From sequence record NC_048170.1: 64,000 bases of DNA; one strand, 5' to 3'. This DNA is from Escherichia phage vB_EcoM_Goslar. The position numbers and the translations under genes are program-made. Positions 27,706 to 37,221 of the stretch are shown here, piece after piece (the stretch's first letter is position 1; every line of letters begins with the position of its first letter). The notes under the pieces were generated by a model that was not told the origin of the DNA, did no database searches, and saw only the letters and a list, made by a program, of their open reading frames with translations.

Positions 27706-28950
27706 ATGCTCATGTCTTCTATTTTACAGGTGTTTAATGCGCATGCGGAAGGCATTGACATCGACGAGTATTTTGTTAATCAGGTTATCCGTTACGCGAC
27801 ACGCTTCCGTACGCAAGACCAAGAACACATGCGTTTTTTCGGTGGGGTTCTGTTAGGTGTACAGAAAATCCGATTCACAACAAGACATAACGATACATGG
27901 TTTTCAGACGTCTTGATGATGGATGAAGAAAGCTTACGACGCGATTTGAGTAAACTACCCTTCTACAATACGCAGACCAACCGTGTTGCCTCAAACGCCT
28001 TTAACCTAAGTTGCTGTTGGTTGCTTTATGCGATCTTCCACAGCAAACAAATCAAAAAAGAAAAGGTTCGTGAAGCCGGGATGCTTGCAGCAATGCAAGT
28101 CCTCCATTATAAATTCATTTGCGGTCTGGTAGCACGACGTTATCCTTATAACGCTGATCCGGCTATCGCTATTAAAGCGTACGATGAGTTAACCCTCAAA
28201 TCAGGCATCAAGCGCATGAATAGCTGGAATGAGTACATCGACGAACGCTGTAATGCCATCATTGCGCGTAATAGTACACATTTCAGTCGTTGGTCAACCC
28301 TGGAACCTGATAGCGTCGCCGAACGTTTTGTGCGTGATGTGAATACCGGAATCCGTAAGGTTATCAACCGTATCACCGATACGTACTACGCGATGTACGA
28401 AGAAGGTAAGAAGATAGGCACGTCTTCTCAAACTGTAGAGTTAGACGATGGTCTCGCTGTCCGCGATATTAAACGCAACGAAACCACTTATCGTCAATAT
28501 CTGTTCGAAATCGCTTATGACCGAACGAGTTTCGTTAAACGCGAACTCATGGTCGTCATCCTTGACGTACACCATACTACCAATCTTTTATCCCTTGAGC
28601 GAGCGTTAAGCTATATCAGCGCTAACGTAGAACGACCGACAAGAGACGGAAAACAGGTCTCTCAGATGTTGCGGCTTGTAATGGAGCATGCTATCGAGTA
28701 TATCATCTTGAATAAGGTCGATATGCGCGATCTTACGTTCTTATTCTACATGCGTAACGTGTACACGTCTAACCGCACTAGCAACCCGAAACTGTTAGAA
28801 CTGCGTAAAATTGGCTCTGAAGTCATTAAGAAAGCAACCAATGCGAGAAATGACGCTGAGGCTGCGGCGACACGCACCGGTGTCTTTCTGTATATCCTGC
28901 TTCGTGTGTTTAGCCGTAACTATTACGTTCGACGTGCGATGTCACGTTAA
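27706..28950 (+). CDS. hypothetical protein
   Basis: 414-aa plus-strand ORF, divergent from the preceding minus array. Confidence 0.65.
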   Translation: MLMSSILQVFNAHAEGIDIDEYFVNQVIRYATRFRTQDQEHMRFFGGVLLGVQKIRFTTRHNDTWFSDVLMMDEESLRRDLSKLPFYNTQTNRVASNAFNLSCCWLLYAIFHSKQIKKEKVREAGMLAAMQVLHYKFICGLVARRYPYNADPAIAIKAYDELTLKSGIKRMNSWNEYIDERCNAIIARNSTHFSRWSTLEPDSVAERFVRDVNTGIRKVINRITDTYYAMYEEGKKIGTSSQTVELDDGLAVRDIKRNETTYRQYLFEIAYDRTSFVKRELMVVILDVHHTTNLLSLERALSYISANVERPTRDGKQVSQMLRLVMEHAIEYIILNKVDMRDLTFLFYMRNVYTSNRTSNPKLLELRKIGSEVIKKATNARNDAEAAATRTGVFLYILLRVFSRNYYVRRAMSR

Positions 28951-29102
28951 CAATGTAACGGTAAAACTTTACTGACGTTGGTTATTATTTGAAGCATAGG
29001 GCTTCACCCAGGAGTACCATCCCTTTAAGTCGTTTGTCCTCTCCTGGTTAACTGTCGTTCTCTCACAGTGCTCGACAGACCAAAAATGCTCAGGCCTCAT
29101 AG

Positions 29103-29131
29103 CCTCCTCTGGGAATGGAACCCAGAGGAGG
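29103..29131. terminator. bidirectional hairpin between convergent genes
   Basis: cctcctctggg-aatggaa-cccagaggagg, between the plus gene ending 28950 and the minus gene ending 29144. Confidence 0.5.
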
Positions 29132-29143
29132 ACTATGTTTGCC

Positions 29144-29464
29144 TTAAAATTCAATGCGACCTTTTGTCGTAAACAATACACCTCTTTGCCAACAGAAAAG
29201 ATCCTCCGATTGAGCGCAAACACGAATACCCGCATCGAATAGATGTTTTGTTCTAGCGCTTAAACAATCAGGATCTTCTACATACAACAGAAGACGTTGG
29301 CATTTATTTTGAATGCGTTCGACAAGGATGTTCTTATCGCTTAAAATAAAATGCGCGTTATCTGTTAAGTTATCGTCGGTTTCCAGCTGCTTGACAAGTT
29401 TGATTAAAATACGTAATTGCTCAAGTGTGTCATGATCAAGTGAATCACCCATGGCGTACCTCAA
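29144..29464 (-). CDS. hypothetical protein
   Basis: 106-aa ORF. Confidence 0.55.
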   Translation of the reverse strand: MRYAMGDSLDHDTLEQLRILIKLVKQLETDDNLTDNAHFILSDKNILVERIQNKCQRLLLYVEDPDCLSARTKHLFDAGIRVCAQSEDLFCWQRGVLFTTKGRIEF

Positions 29465-29499
29465 CGTTATACGTCGTTTGTATTATAATACGCTATCGT

Positions 29500-29523
29500 C
29501 TCCCCGCCTGTATTAACGGGGAG
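29500..29523 (-). terminator. hairpin terminator after the terminase gene
   Basis: ctccccg-cctgtattaa-cggggag, followed on the minus strand by an AU-rich stretch. Confidence 0.4.
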
Positions 29524-29537
29524 TCTGCAAACTACTC

Positions 29538-31769
29538 TTAGAAAAAACCGCCCGGACGGTATTGACCCATCGTCATCCACGCATTACGAGAAATATTCCG
29601 TTCATTCGAAGAGCGGCTTATTTGACGATAAGTATTCGCTCGTTCCTCCCTTGCTTTCGTGATCATCGCATCAATAGAAACAGCCGCTGAATCTTCCCCA
29701 CGTATTTTTCCTTTATACGTAAGAAGCTCTGCCTCCAATCGATCCAAGATAAGGCCGTTGGTTTCGGTCTTAAGCAACTCATAGATTTCAGCAACGCGTT
29801 GACGAAGCTTCGCCTGCTGTTGGTTAAGATAAGCTTCATACGGATCGATTTCACCCGTCACAGATGCCGGTAAACGACTCATGACTTTAAGCGGATCGAT
29901 ACCATAATGAATCTGTTTCTTAGCGCGCTTGATGAACCACATCGCTAACATCCAGGCGAACGTCATGTCGTCGTGCATTCCATCCTGGTGATCGACACGC
30001 CCATCTTTGATAACCAATCCAAGGATCTCGGAACACAACATCTTATCACGTAATTGCCCGCGGGTTTCTACAATACCTTCCATCAAGATGTCGGAATACA
30101 ACTCCATACGTTTGCGTGCATCCGTTGTGAAGCCCAAATGCCGTTTACGTTGAGCATACCAACTTTCATCACGCATGCTCAATGGTAATTTCAGGTCTTC
30201 GAACATCGCTGGGTTATCAGCATGTCTGTCCACAATTGTGTTGTATACGCGTTTGAATACGTCGATGCCCGCTTGTCTCAGGAACTCTTCAATTGCGTCT
30301 AACAACATGATTGCGCTGCTTTTACGTTCAGGAATCAACGTAACGTTCTTAAAACGCATCATGAAGTTGGCCATCCAACGAGCAAAAGAAAGCAAGCTCA
30401 GTTTATTAAAACGTCCTGTCGCAACAACTTCTGCTGTTTCTACATCCACCATCACCAAACCGATAGCGTCACGACCTATTGCATCGCTGGTGTCTAAACC
30501 AGCAACCACCTTATTGTTCTGCATGTATGTCTCGATTTGACCTCGAGGTATATACCAGTTAATGCAGTAGCCTTCAGGTGAGATCTCGATGTGGTCGATT
30601 TCACGTTGTCCTGCCATGATCATCTCAACCATCTCAGCGGTTAACGGGCTTTCTGCTGAACCGTTGGTCCAGATGTTCATGTAGTCGCGGTCTTTCTGAA
30701 GTTTATCACCTTCCGTTTCGTTCATGGTTTTTGCTAACCATTCATCACTGAATCCCAACTGAGCATGGTTCCATTGTGCCCCGATCCTGACGGTCGCTTT
30801 GCTGAGCTCGCACGGTACGTTGTTCAATACCGTCTGATGCAGATGCTTTTCGTTACGGCAGTCAAAGAAACTTTCAGAGAACGGCGCGGAACGCATGAAA
30901 ACTTCATAAGCCCATTTGCCTTCGCGTTTATCCAATTCACCTGCTGTTGTCGTATAGATGATACTTGTCAGGTCGCCGTTGCTTAATGCTTCATCGCGTG
31001 CCGCACCCATCGCACCGATACCAGCAGGAACAATAATTTCGATGTATTTCGTAAACGCGGTTTCGTCGCTATGGAATAGCGGGGTTGTTAGACCACGGCC
31101 GATGTTTGTTGCTTGTTTCTTATCCGAACGTGGAATCTTTACCGATAACTTGTTCTTGAAACGTGTGTAGGTTACGTTCTCTTTGTTCGATGAATCCCGA
31201 CTATCCAGCGTCCAGAGATACGCAGGTAACAGATCGCGTATACTACGCACGTCTTCTACCGTTTTCGTACGGGCGTCACCGTCTTTTGTTAATTGAATAA
31301 CCTCGGTGTTTCGACTACGAACATAGGTTAGATAACAGAACAGTCCTAACATGGTCATGGATTTACCGGTCTGACGTATCTGTATCTGATACCAGTTCGT
31401 TCGGGTAAATATCCCCCAGAGCATCGGAATGTTACCGCGGTTAGCACGGAATGAAATTTTGTTATCACCCGCTTTAGCCGGAACACGCATCACTTCACGG
31501 AAGAAGTACCATGGATTAAGATAGCATTCCGCACTGATCATCTGAATCTGTTCTGACGTCAAATTCGGTGCGTGGGGATCAACACCAATCAATCTTGGGT
31601 TTAATAACGCCATGAAAAACGCAGAGTTCCGGACACCGAATTCACGACGATACAAGATCGCTAAATCACGCCAACTTGTGTTTGTTGTTTCCCAGTGTGG
31701 AACAGCCTGAGGAAAATAATCCCAATCTTCCTCAAACAGGATGATTTTCTTCGGATCGACAATCGACAT
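29538..31769 (-). CDS. terL: terminase large subunit (T4 gp17-like ATPase plus nuclease)
   Basis: 743-aa ORF; Walker A-like QIRQTGKSMT (cf. T4 gp17 SRQLGKT) and acidic RNase H-like nuclease residues (VDHQDGMHDDMTFAW); GGAGGAG RBS. Confidence 0.75.
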   Translation of the reverse strand: MSIVDPKKIILFEEDWDYFPQAVPHWETTNTSWRDLAILYRREFGVRNSAFFMALLNPRLIGVDPHAPNLTSEQIQMISAECYLNPWYFFREVMRVPAKAGDNKISFRANRGNIPMLWGIFTRTNWYQIQIRQTGKSMTMLGLFCYLTYVRSRNTEVIQLTKDGDARTKTVEDVRSIRDLLPAYLWTLDSRDSSNKENVTYTRFKNKLSVKIPRSDKKQATNIGRGLTTPLFHSDETAFTKYIEIIVPAGIGAMGAARDEALSNGDLTSIIYTTTAGELDKREGKWAYEVFMRSAPFSESFFDCRNEKHLHQTVLNNVPCELSKATVRIGAQWNHAQLGFSDEWLAKTMNETEGDKLQKDRDYMNIWTNGSAESPLTAEMVEMIMAGQREIDHIEISPEGYCINWYIPRGQIETYMQNNKVVAGLDTSDAIGRDAIGLVMVDVETAEVVATGRFNKLSLLSFARWMANFMMRFKNVTLIPERKSSAIMLLDAIEEFLRQAGIDVFKRVYNTIVDRHADNPAMFEDLKLPLSMRDESWYAQRKRHLGFTTDARKRMELYSDILMEGIVETRGQLRDKMLCSEILGLVIKDGRVDHQDGMHDDMTFAWMLAMWFIKRAKKQIHYGIDPLKVMSRLPASVTGEIDPYEAYLNQQQAKLRQRVAEIYELLKTETNGLILDRLEAELLTYKGKIRGEDSAAVSIDAMITKAREERANTYRQISRSSNERNISRNAWMTMGQYRPGGFF

Positions 31770-31780
31770 ATAAACTCCTC

Positions 31781-31809
31781 CGATGGAGGGTGCCGGGCAC
31801 CCTCCATCG
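31781..31809 (-). terminator. GC-rich hairpin (13-bp stem) between genes
   Basis: cgatggagggtgc-cgg-gcaccctccatcg, between the 579-aa gene and the terminase start; its 5' arm includes the terminase RBS. Confidence 0.5.
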
Positions 31810-31819
31810 TTGTATTACC

Positions 31820-33559
31820 TTATGCGACTTTACTAATAACGACTGCAGTGATACCAAGATGTAGGTCGACGCCATTCTGTACTTTAATCCAGCGGATATA
31901 CAGGTTAGCGTTATCCTGTCCCGTACCACCTGGGACGTTATTGTTCCTATTCCATTGCGAGATTTCGAAACGTTTCTGCACGTTAGGACCAACCATGATT
32001 TCAAAGTGAGTCGGTTCTGGTGCTTTCGATTCCGTCTTCTCAAGATAGAGTGGATGTGTCGGGTAGTAAAGTTGGTTCAACCATTCACCCAGATCTGAGT
32101 GTTTGTTCGTCAAGTCAACATACGCGTTACCAGCAACATCGTAAGTAAACAACGCTTTCGTGTTACGACCGTACACATCCGTTGTCGTCGGTGTTGTTTG
32201 CGAGCTGAACGTTACTGTCCAGTAATCACCGGATGTCGCCGAACCTGCTTGCAGTAACGTCATTCGAATAGTCTGCGTATGACGTACGCGTTTGTAAACA
32301 GTAGGATCGACTTCATCTAACCAGATGTTGTACGCAAATTCCTGAGGTTGTCCGTATTTCTTCGGATTAAACTCAGGGCTGTTCAGCGCCAATTGTACTT
32401 TATCGGTTACGTTGTAGTATCGTTCACGGTCAACGTTGTACAACCAGAACACCAGCTCGTATCCCACCGCATCAGATACCCATTGTGGATAGCAGAACAG
32501 TTTAACACTGTATGCCCCTTTCGCTTCTTTAGAAACGACGGTATAAGGTACGCTGATGTGTTTCACTGCGCCAGGTAACGCGTAGGATGTGTCCTCATCA
32601 TCGTCCAGGTAGTAGTGTAACGCCAGCGGGTGTTTGCTGTTGATAACCTGGGACGTGAAGACGTTAAGGCCATCCAACACAACCTTGTTGCCAGTAACCG
32701 GCCAATGTTTAATGGATCCGTCGCTGTAGGTGACTTCAGCTTGAAGGTCAACGGAATCCAGGTTGACGTTGATCGGCAACTCAAGCAGTTTGGTATCGCT
32801 GCTGTTCAGCCACGTTGATTTCAGTCGTACCCCGTCTTCCAGAATATATTTAATACCCTGGTCTGGTGTGCGTACATAGTCGGTGATACGAACGATCATA
32901 CGTTTCATGGATAGCGGCTGTGGACCATCGCCATAACCTACCACCATCACCTGCTCAAAATCTTCGACGGGCTTAATGCAGTAACCTTCGCGGGGTGCCC
33001 AGATAGCTTTATTCGTTCCGTCTTTGTAAGCGATAAGCTGACACGGAATAAAGTCACTGATCTTATTCCCACTGTTGTCATACATCGCACTGATGATTTC
33101 GCCTTTGGCGCTGATATCAGAACCACGGAACACGGCGATACGTCGAATATCCGAACCATGCAGATGGAAACGGCGATCGATATTCATCGTAGCAGGGATC
33201 GTGTTCGTATTAATCAATACGCGCCATGTATCGTACGACCATGTCGGATCAATACCCTCAAAGGTTGTCGTCCCATCGTCCTGACCATCGAACGGAGCAG
33301 AAAGCTGACCGATAAGTTTAAGGGTACTTAGTTTAGTGCGATCGTCTACGGCGATAACACGATATACTGCGTTGGTATCCCAGTCTTCAACTTTATCGTC
33401 CACGTTGGGAACGTAAAGTTTCCAGTCTTCTTCAACGCCATTATAGATCTCTTTATACGCATAGGTGGTATAGCGTCTGTCGAGATCCTGAATAGCGAGT
33501 TTATCCGGATGCTGTTGTGCATAAAGCACCGGATTGGTAATCTCTCTTCCCATTATCAC
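31820..33559 (-). CDS. hypothetical protein (likely virion-associated)
   Basis: 579-aa ORF in a run of large structural-type genes. Confidence 0.6.
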   Translation of the reverse strand: MIMGREITNPVLYAQQHPDKLAIQDLDRRYTTYAYKEIYNGVEEDWKLYVPNVDDKVEDWDTNAVYRVIAVDDRTKLSTLKLIGQLSAPFDGQDDGTTTFEGIDPTWSYDTWRVLINTNTIPATMNIDRRFHLHGSDIRRIAVFRGSDISAKGEIISAMYDNSGNKISDFIPCQLIAYKDGTNKAIWAPREGYCIKPVEDFEQVMVVGYGDGPQPLSMKRMIVRITDYVRTPDQGIKYILEDGVRLKSTWLNSSDTKLLELPINVNLDSVDLQAEVTYSDGSIKHWPVTGNKVVLDGLNVFTSQVINSKHPLALHYYLDDDEDTSYALPGAVKHISVPYTVVSKEAKGAYSVKLFCYPQWVSDAVGYELVFWLYNVDRERYYNVTDKVQLALNSPEFNPKKYGQPQEFAYNIWLDEVDPTVYKRVRHTQTIRMTLLQAGSATSGDYWTVTFSSQTTPTTTDVYGRNTKALFTYDVAGNAYVDLTNKHSDLGEWLNQLYYPTHPLYLEKTESKAPEPTHFEIMVGPNVQKRFEISQWNRNNNVPGGTGQDNANLYIRWIKVQNGVDLHLGITAVVISKVA

Positions 33560-36150
33560 TCACCTTTGATTGTGTAAAACTTCGTGAAGTCCACGCGATC
33601 TTTCAAGAACTCACGACTGACACGTTCTAAGAACCGCAGTTGTTTAACCGTAACTTCGAGCGGCGTCCAACTGTCATGTGGATGAATAGAAACCATACGC
33701 CAATCGTAATTACATAACGCAGGATCGTAGTCATAGAACCATTTATACGGCTCCATGAAATCCATCAGTTTAACGTCCTGCATATCAGGATCGGGATCGA
33801 TAACACCATTGATAAGATCGTACGTTACGGCCATCAGCGTTGGACTGATAAGCTGGTATTTGTTTTCAATCGTTACCGGCGTATCGTACTTCACACGAGG
33901 GAAATACAAGGACATATAGTCTTCAACGCGTTTATCGGTTTCAAGACTTTTGTCGCGTAGATAATACGTGTCTGTGTTCACGAGACCACGGATAGGGGCA
34001 ATAACGTGGTAGATCGCATAAGGCACCCCATCGTTGACTTTGATGTCGGCAGGGTATTGCGTGTCCTCAGCTGTAACCACTTCGCTACGATCGTAAATAC
34101 GTCCACCAACCACAATACGAACAACATGATCGTCACGAACATTAAACACATCGTCGTAAGAAAGCTGGTTATGCATCGTCCAACCGGTATCGTAAACGGT
34201 TTCACCGGTTAAGTCCGTACGTGGAAAACCAGTACATCTCACGGTAACCGTGTGCGTGTTCCCTTCACCGAAATACCGTTTCGCGTTGATCACGATCGTT
34301 GGCCATTTTACGATATAATCGATATCGCGTACCAAGCTGTAGCTTTTGGTTGCTTGCTCGTCACCTAACCATACTTCGATTTGACCGGGTTCGAAAGGCA
34401 GCGGATATTCAACATCAATACCCGTCGTAACATCCAACCATACAGTGTGATTACGATGTTGTATCGTGGTCTTATACGCTAAGAAGTAGGTGTCGAACAA
34501 TACTAAACCGGTTTGCTTTCTTCCATCCAGCGACCATTTTATTACCCCGTTCTCTTCCGTTACCACAGAAGCATCGTCGGTAACATCCTTCCAGGTGTTC
34601 GCAACAGGTTGTCCGTTACGAAGGTTTACGCTATAACAGCGGTAACTCGCCCATTCACGGATTGGGACGTCGGCAACACCCATTACGTAATCAAGCGTTC
34701 TCCCACCAACACCCGATCGACCCTCAACATAGGACGTGGTTTCATATTGCGGATAAAAATGTCGGCCCGCCGGATGTTGCGTGATACCCAATAATAGACC
34801 GTCACTGTCGTACTCAAAGAACGTCGCATTTGCACGCAATCCCCATGGTACTTCAGCAGTAGGTGTACCCATATCGTCAGTAACGCGTTGTGGGCTATCT
34901 GCAACCAGTTTTGCCATCGCGTTATACCCGTAAGCGGAGGTCACCATGTCGATCGTGATATTGCTTTCCTTATTACGCATGATGCGCGTATAATCACTGG
35001 CTTCAAGGGTACGTGCAAAGAACTCAGGTATATTAGCGTTCTGTTCTAACATTGCACCGACGATGACGTCGTCTGGAAGTTTATACAATTCGTGGATGCG
35101 GTTATGTTCGAAGGTTAACTGCGTTTTCAGCCCACTATCGCGGACAACCACTTCCAGGGTTAAATCACGAAGCGATTCTGCTCCATCAACCCGTTCAACG
35201 AAGTAGCTGACATAATCAACAGGAATCCCGTAATCACGATGCGTGAGCATGCGGATACTATTTTCCTGGTTGGTGTGGTAATAACGCCCTTTTCCGTTAG
35301 GCCCTTTCACGTAGATATCAACGTCATCACGATACCGGATTTTAGTATCCGCTTCATCTTTCGGCGGATGAATAAGATACTTCACTTTTTTGTCCAGATC
35401 GCTGTTGTATGTTTTAAGATCTTCTACACGGAAACTATAACGATGAACAACTGTGCCATCATAGATGACCTGAATGCTATCGCCGATCTTAAAACTTGAC
35501 GGTGGGATGTCTTCAACCGCTTCACCATTGATGCTACAGTGCGTCCAACCGATCCCGGTTTCTTGGATCTTTTTACGCCAAGCGTATAGCTGACGCTGCC
35601 ACTGTAGAACCTGCGTTGAACTGGTTACAATCCCGCCAAGGACATGCACCTCGCGTCCCGTCGGTTTCGTGTATGACGGATAGCCTTCCGCGAAGTCAGC
35701 ATTGAGATAGGTGCGCCAGTAATAATTGCCAACGCCAAGGTCAGCGATATTCGGTTGGTCGAGCACACAGACCAGCATCGTTTCGTTTTCCAGATTACCC
35801 GTCCACGTTAATGTCAACGGGAATTCTTTACCGTCCTCGGTATAGATATTGTAATACGATCCCTTCACTTCACAGAACTTGCTGAGTTCTCGCCACCATA
35901 ACCGCCCAGCCCCGACATTAAAATCCTCCCCCATATGTCGTCCAATAACAAACACATGGAACGTATTCGTATCGTCAGGAAGATTGAATGTACGATGCCA
36001 AGCCGTAAAGTTTTTTACTGCGCCGGTCTTTCCGGTAATACGACGCATCTTGATACGATGCTGGTTGTCCATTAATGGACGGCAGTTCACATTCAGCGCA
36101 GCATGATTTATCAAGTATTGCGCTGTAGGATTAGAAGCGTTCAACACCAC
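33556..36150 (-). CDS. hypothetical large protein (likely virion structural)
   Basis: 864-aa ORF; 4-nt overlap with the downstream gene. Confidence 0.65.
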   Translation of the reverse strand: MVLNASNPTAQYLINHAALNVNCRPLMDNQHRIKMRRITGKTGAVKNFTAWHRTFNLPDDTNTFHVFVIGRHMGEDFNVGAGRLWWRELSKFCEVKGSYYNIYTEDGKEFPLTLTWTGNLENETMLVCVLDQPNIADLGVGNYYWRTYLNADFAEGYPSYTKPTGREVHVLGGIVTSSTQVLQWQRQLYAWRKKIQETGIGWTHCSINGEAVEDIPPSSFKIGDSIQVIYDGTVVHRYSFRVEDLKTYNSDLDKKVKYLIHPPKDEADTKIRYRDDVDIYVKGPNGKGRYYHTNQENSIRMLTHRDYGIPVDYVSYFVERVDGAESLRDLTLEVVVRDSGLKTQLTFEHNRIHELYKLPDDVIVGAMLEQNANIPEFFARTLEASDYTRIMRNKESNITIDMVTSAYGYNAMAKLVADSPQRVTDDMGTPTAEVPWGLRANATFFEYDSDGLLLGITQHPAGRHFYPQYETTSYVEGRSGVGGRTLDYVMGVADVPIREWASYRCYSVNLRNGQPVANTWKDVTDDASVVTEENGVIKWSLDGRKQTGLVLFDTYFLAYKTTIQHRNHTVWLDVTTGIDVEYPLPFEPGQIEVWLGDEQATKSYSLVRDIDYIVKWPTIVINAKRYFGEGNTHTVTVRCTGFPRTDLTGETVYDTGWTMHNQLSYDDVFNVRDDHVVRIVVGGRIYDRSEVVTAEDTQYPADIKVNDGVPYAIYHVIAPIRGLVNTDTYYLRDKSLETDKRVEDYMSLYFPRVKYDTPVTIENKYQLISPTLMAVTYDLINGVIDPDPDMQDVKLMDFMEPYKWFYDYDPALCNYDWRMVSIHPHDSWTPLEVTVKQLRFLERVSREFLKDRVDFTKFYTIKGE

Positions 36151-37078
36151 GGCATGCCTCCAGGAGGTATTTCATGTTGGCTTGGAAATCATTGACATCA
36201 CGCGCCATACGACGCTGATCTGCCATGAGACGAGCCAACACGGTATCACGGTAACCACGATCGTGGTCAGCAGCAGAGCATAAAAGAATAAATGTTGGTG
36301 GGTGCTCTAAAGCAATCCCGGCAACTTCTTTACTATAACCCCCAACCCAACTGTAAGCGGTGATTTCAAACAACAACGCCTGGGTTAACGTGTTCAAACG
36401 GGGACTGATATTACTTTCTTTTAACGCTGTTACAAAAGCTGCCATGTTAGGGATGTAACCCAGGTTTTCGGTTGCGATACCGATGCTCGCAAAATCGTAA
36501 CGAAGCGTTGTCTGGATGGTGCGCACCATAGTTAGTCTTTCATTATTTGTAAGGCTATCTTTAAACAAGCAAAGATAATACCATGCTGTTATGATGGCAA
36601 CATCACGACGTTGTTGAAGGTCCAACCCTAAACGCTGTGTGATTTGTCCGCTAATCCAATCACAAAAGACACGCATCGGGATAGGGCCAAGACGTTCAAA
36701 AGGGCGTGTGCCCAAGGATTCCCATCCTACCTGAAGATACGCACGTGATTGAAGAAAGTTATATTCACGTTCGTTAACAACGGTAGTACGCGATCCTGGG
36801 CGTGAAGTGTCTGTTGGGGTGCGTGCGTAAGCGCGTTGGTCGATAACAACGCGCTGTCCGTCCATCACTGTTTTAATGACCAGCGGATGGCCGAAAGAAG
36901 GGATATCGTCCAACGTATTTTTGTTGCCGATGACTTCGAGAACGGGAGTGTTTACGCCACTTTCTTCACCGGGTGCACTTAACAATCCGCCGACGTAAGC
37001 AACTTCGATAGCGGTTCGGATACGGTCAATGCCTTTTAGTTTTGTTCCAACAGTTGTGTCGTAAGGAGAGATGAACAT
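36131..37078 (-). CDS. hypothetical protein
   Basis: 315-aa ORF. Confidence 0.6.
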   Translation of the reverse strand: MFISPYDTTVGTKLKGIDRIRTAIEVAYVGGLLSAPGEESGVNTPVLEVIGNKNTLDDIPSFGHPLVIKTVMDGQRVVIDQRAYARTPTDTSRPGSRTTVVNEREYNFLQSRAYLQVGWESLGTRPFERLGPIPMRVFCDWISGQITQRLGLDLQQRRDVAIITAWYYLCLFKDSLTNNERLTMVRTIQTTLRYDFASIGIATENLGYIPNMAAFVTALKESNISPRLNTLTQALLFEITAYSWVGGYSKEVAGIALEHPPTFILLCSAADHDRGYRDTVLARLMADQRRMARDVNDFQANMKYLLEACRGVERF

Positions 37079-37221
37079 ATGTAATTCCTTTATTACGGCA
37101 TATAAGAAAACGGGTTAAGCACACAGATTTACGCATAATTGTAATATTTTACGTTATGCCTATGACATTGTGTCACGTGTGCAATTATGTCATACAATTT
37201 CCTTAAATTAAGGAGAGTTCC

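Noticed and set aside
28969-29235. 88-aa minus-strand ORF spanning the gap between convergent genes
   Set aside because: Covers the bidirectional terminator hairpin and overlaps the 3' end of gene 29144..29464 in another frame.
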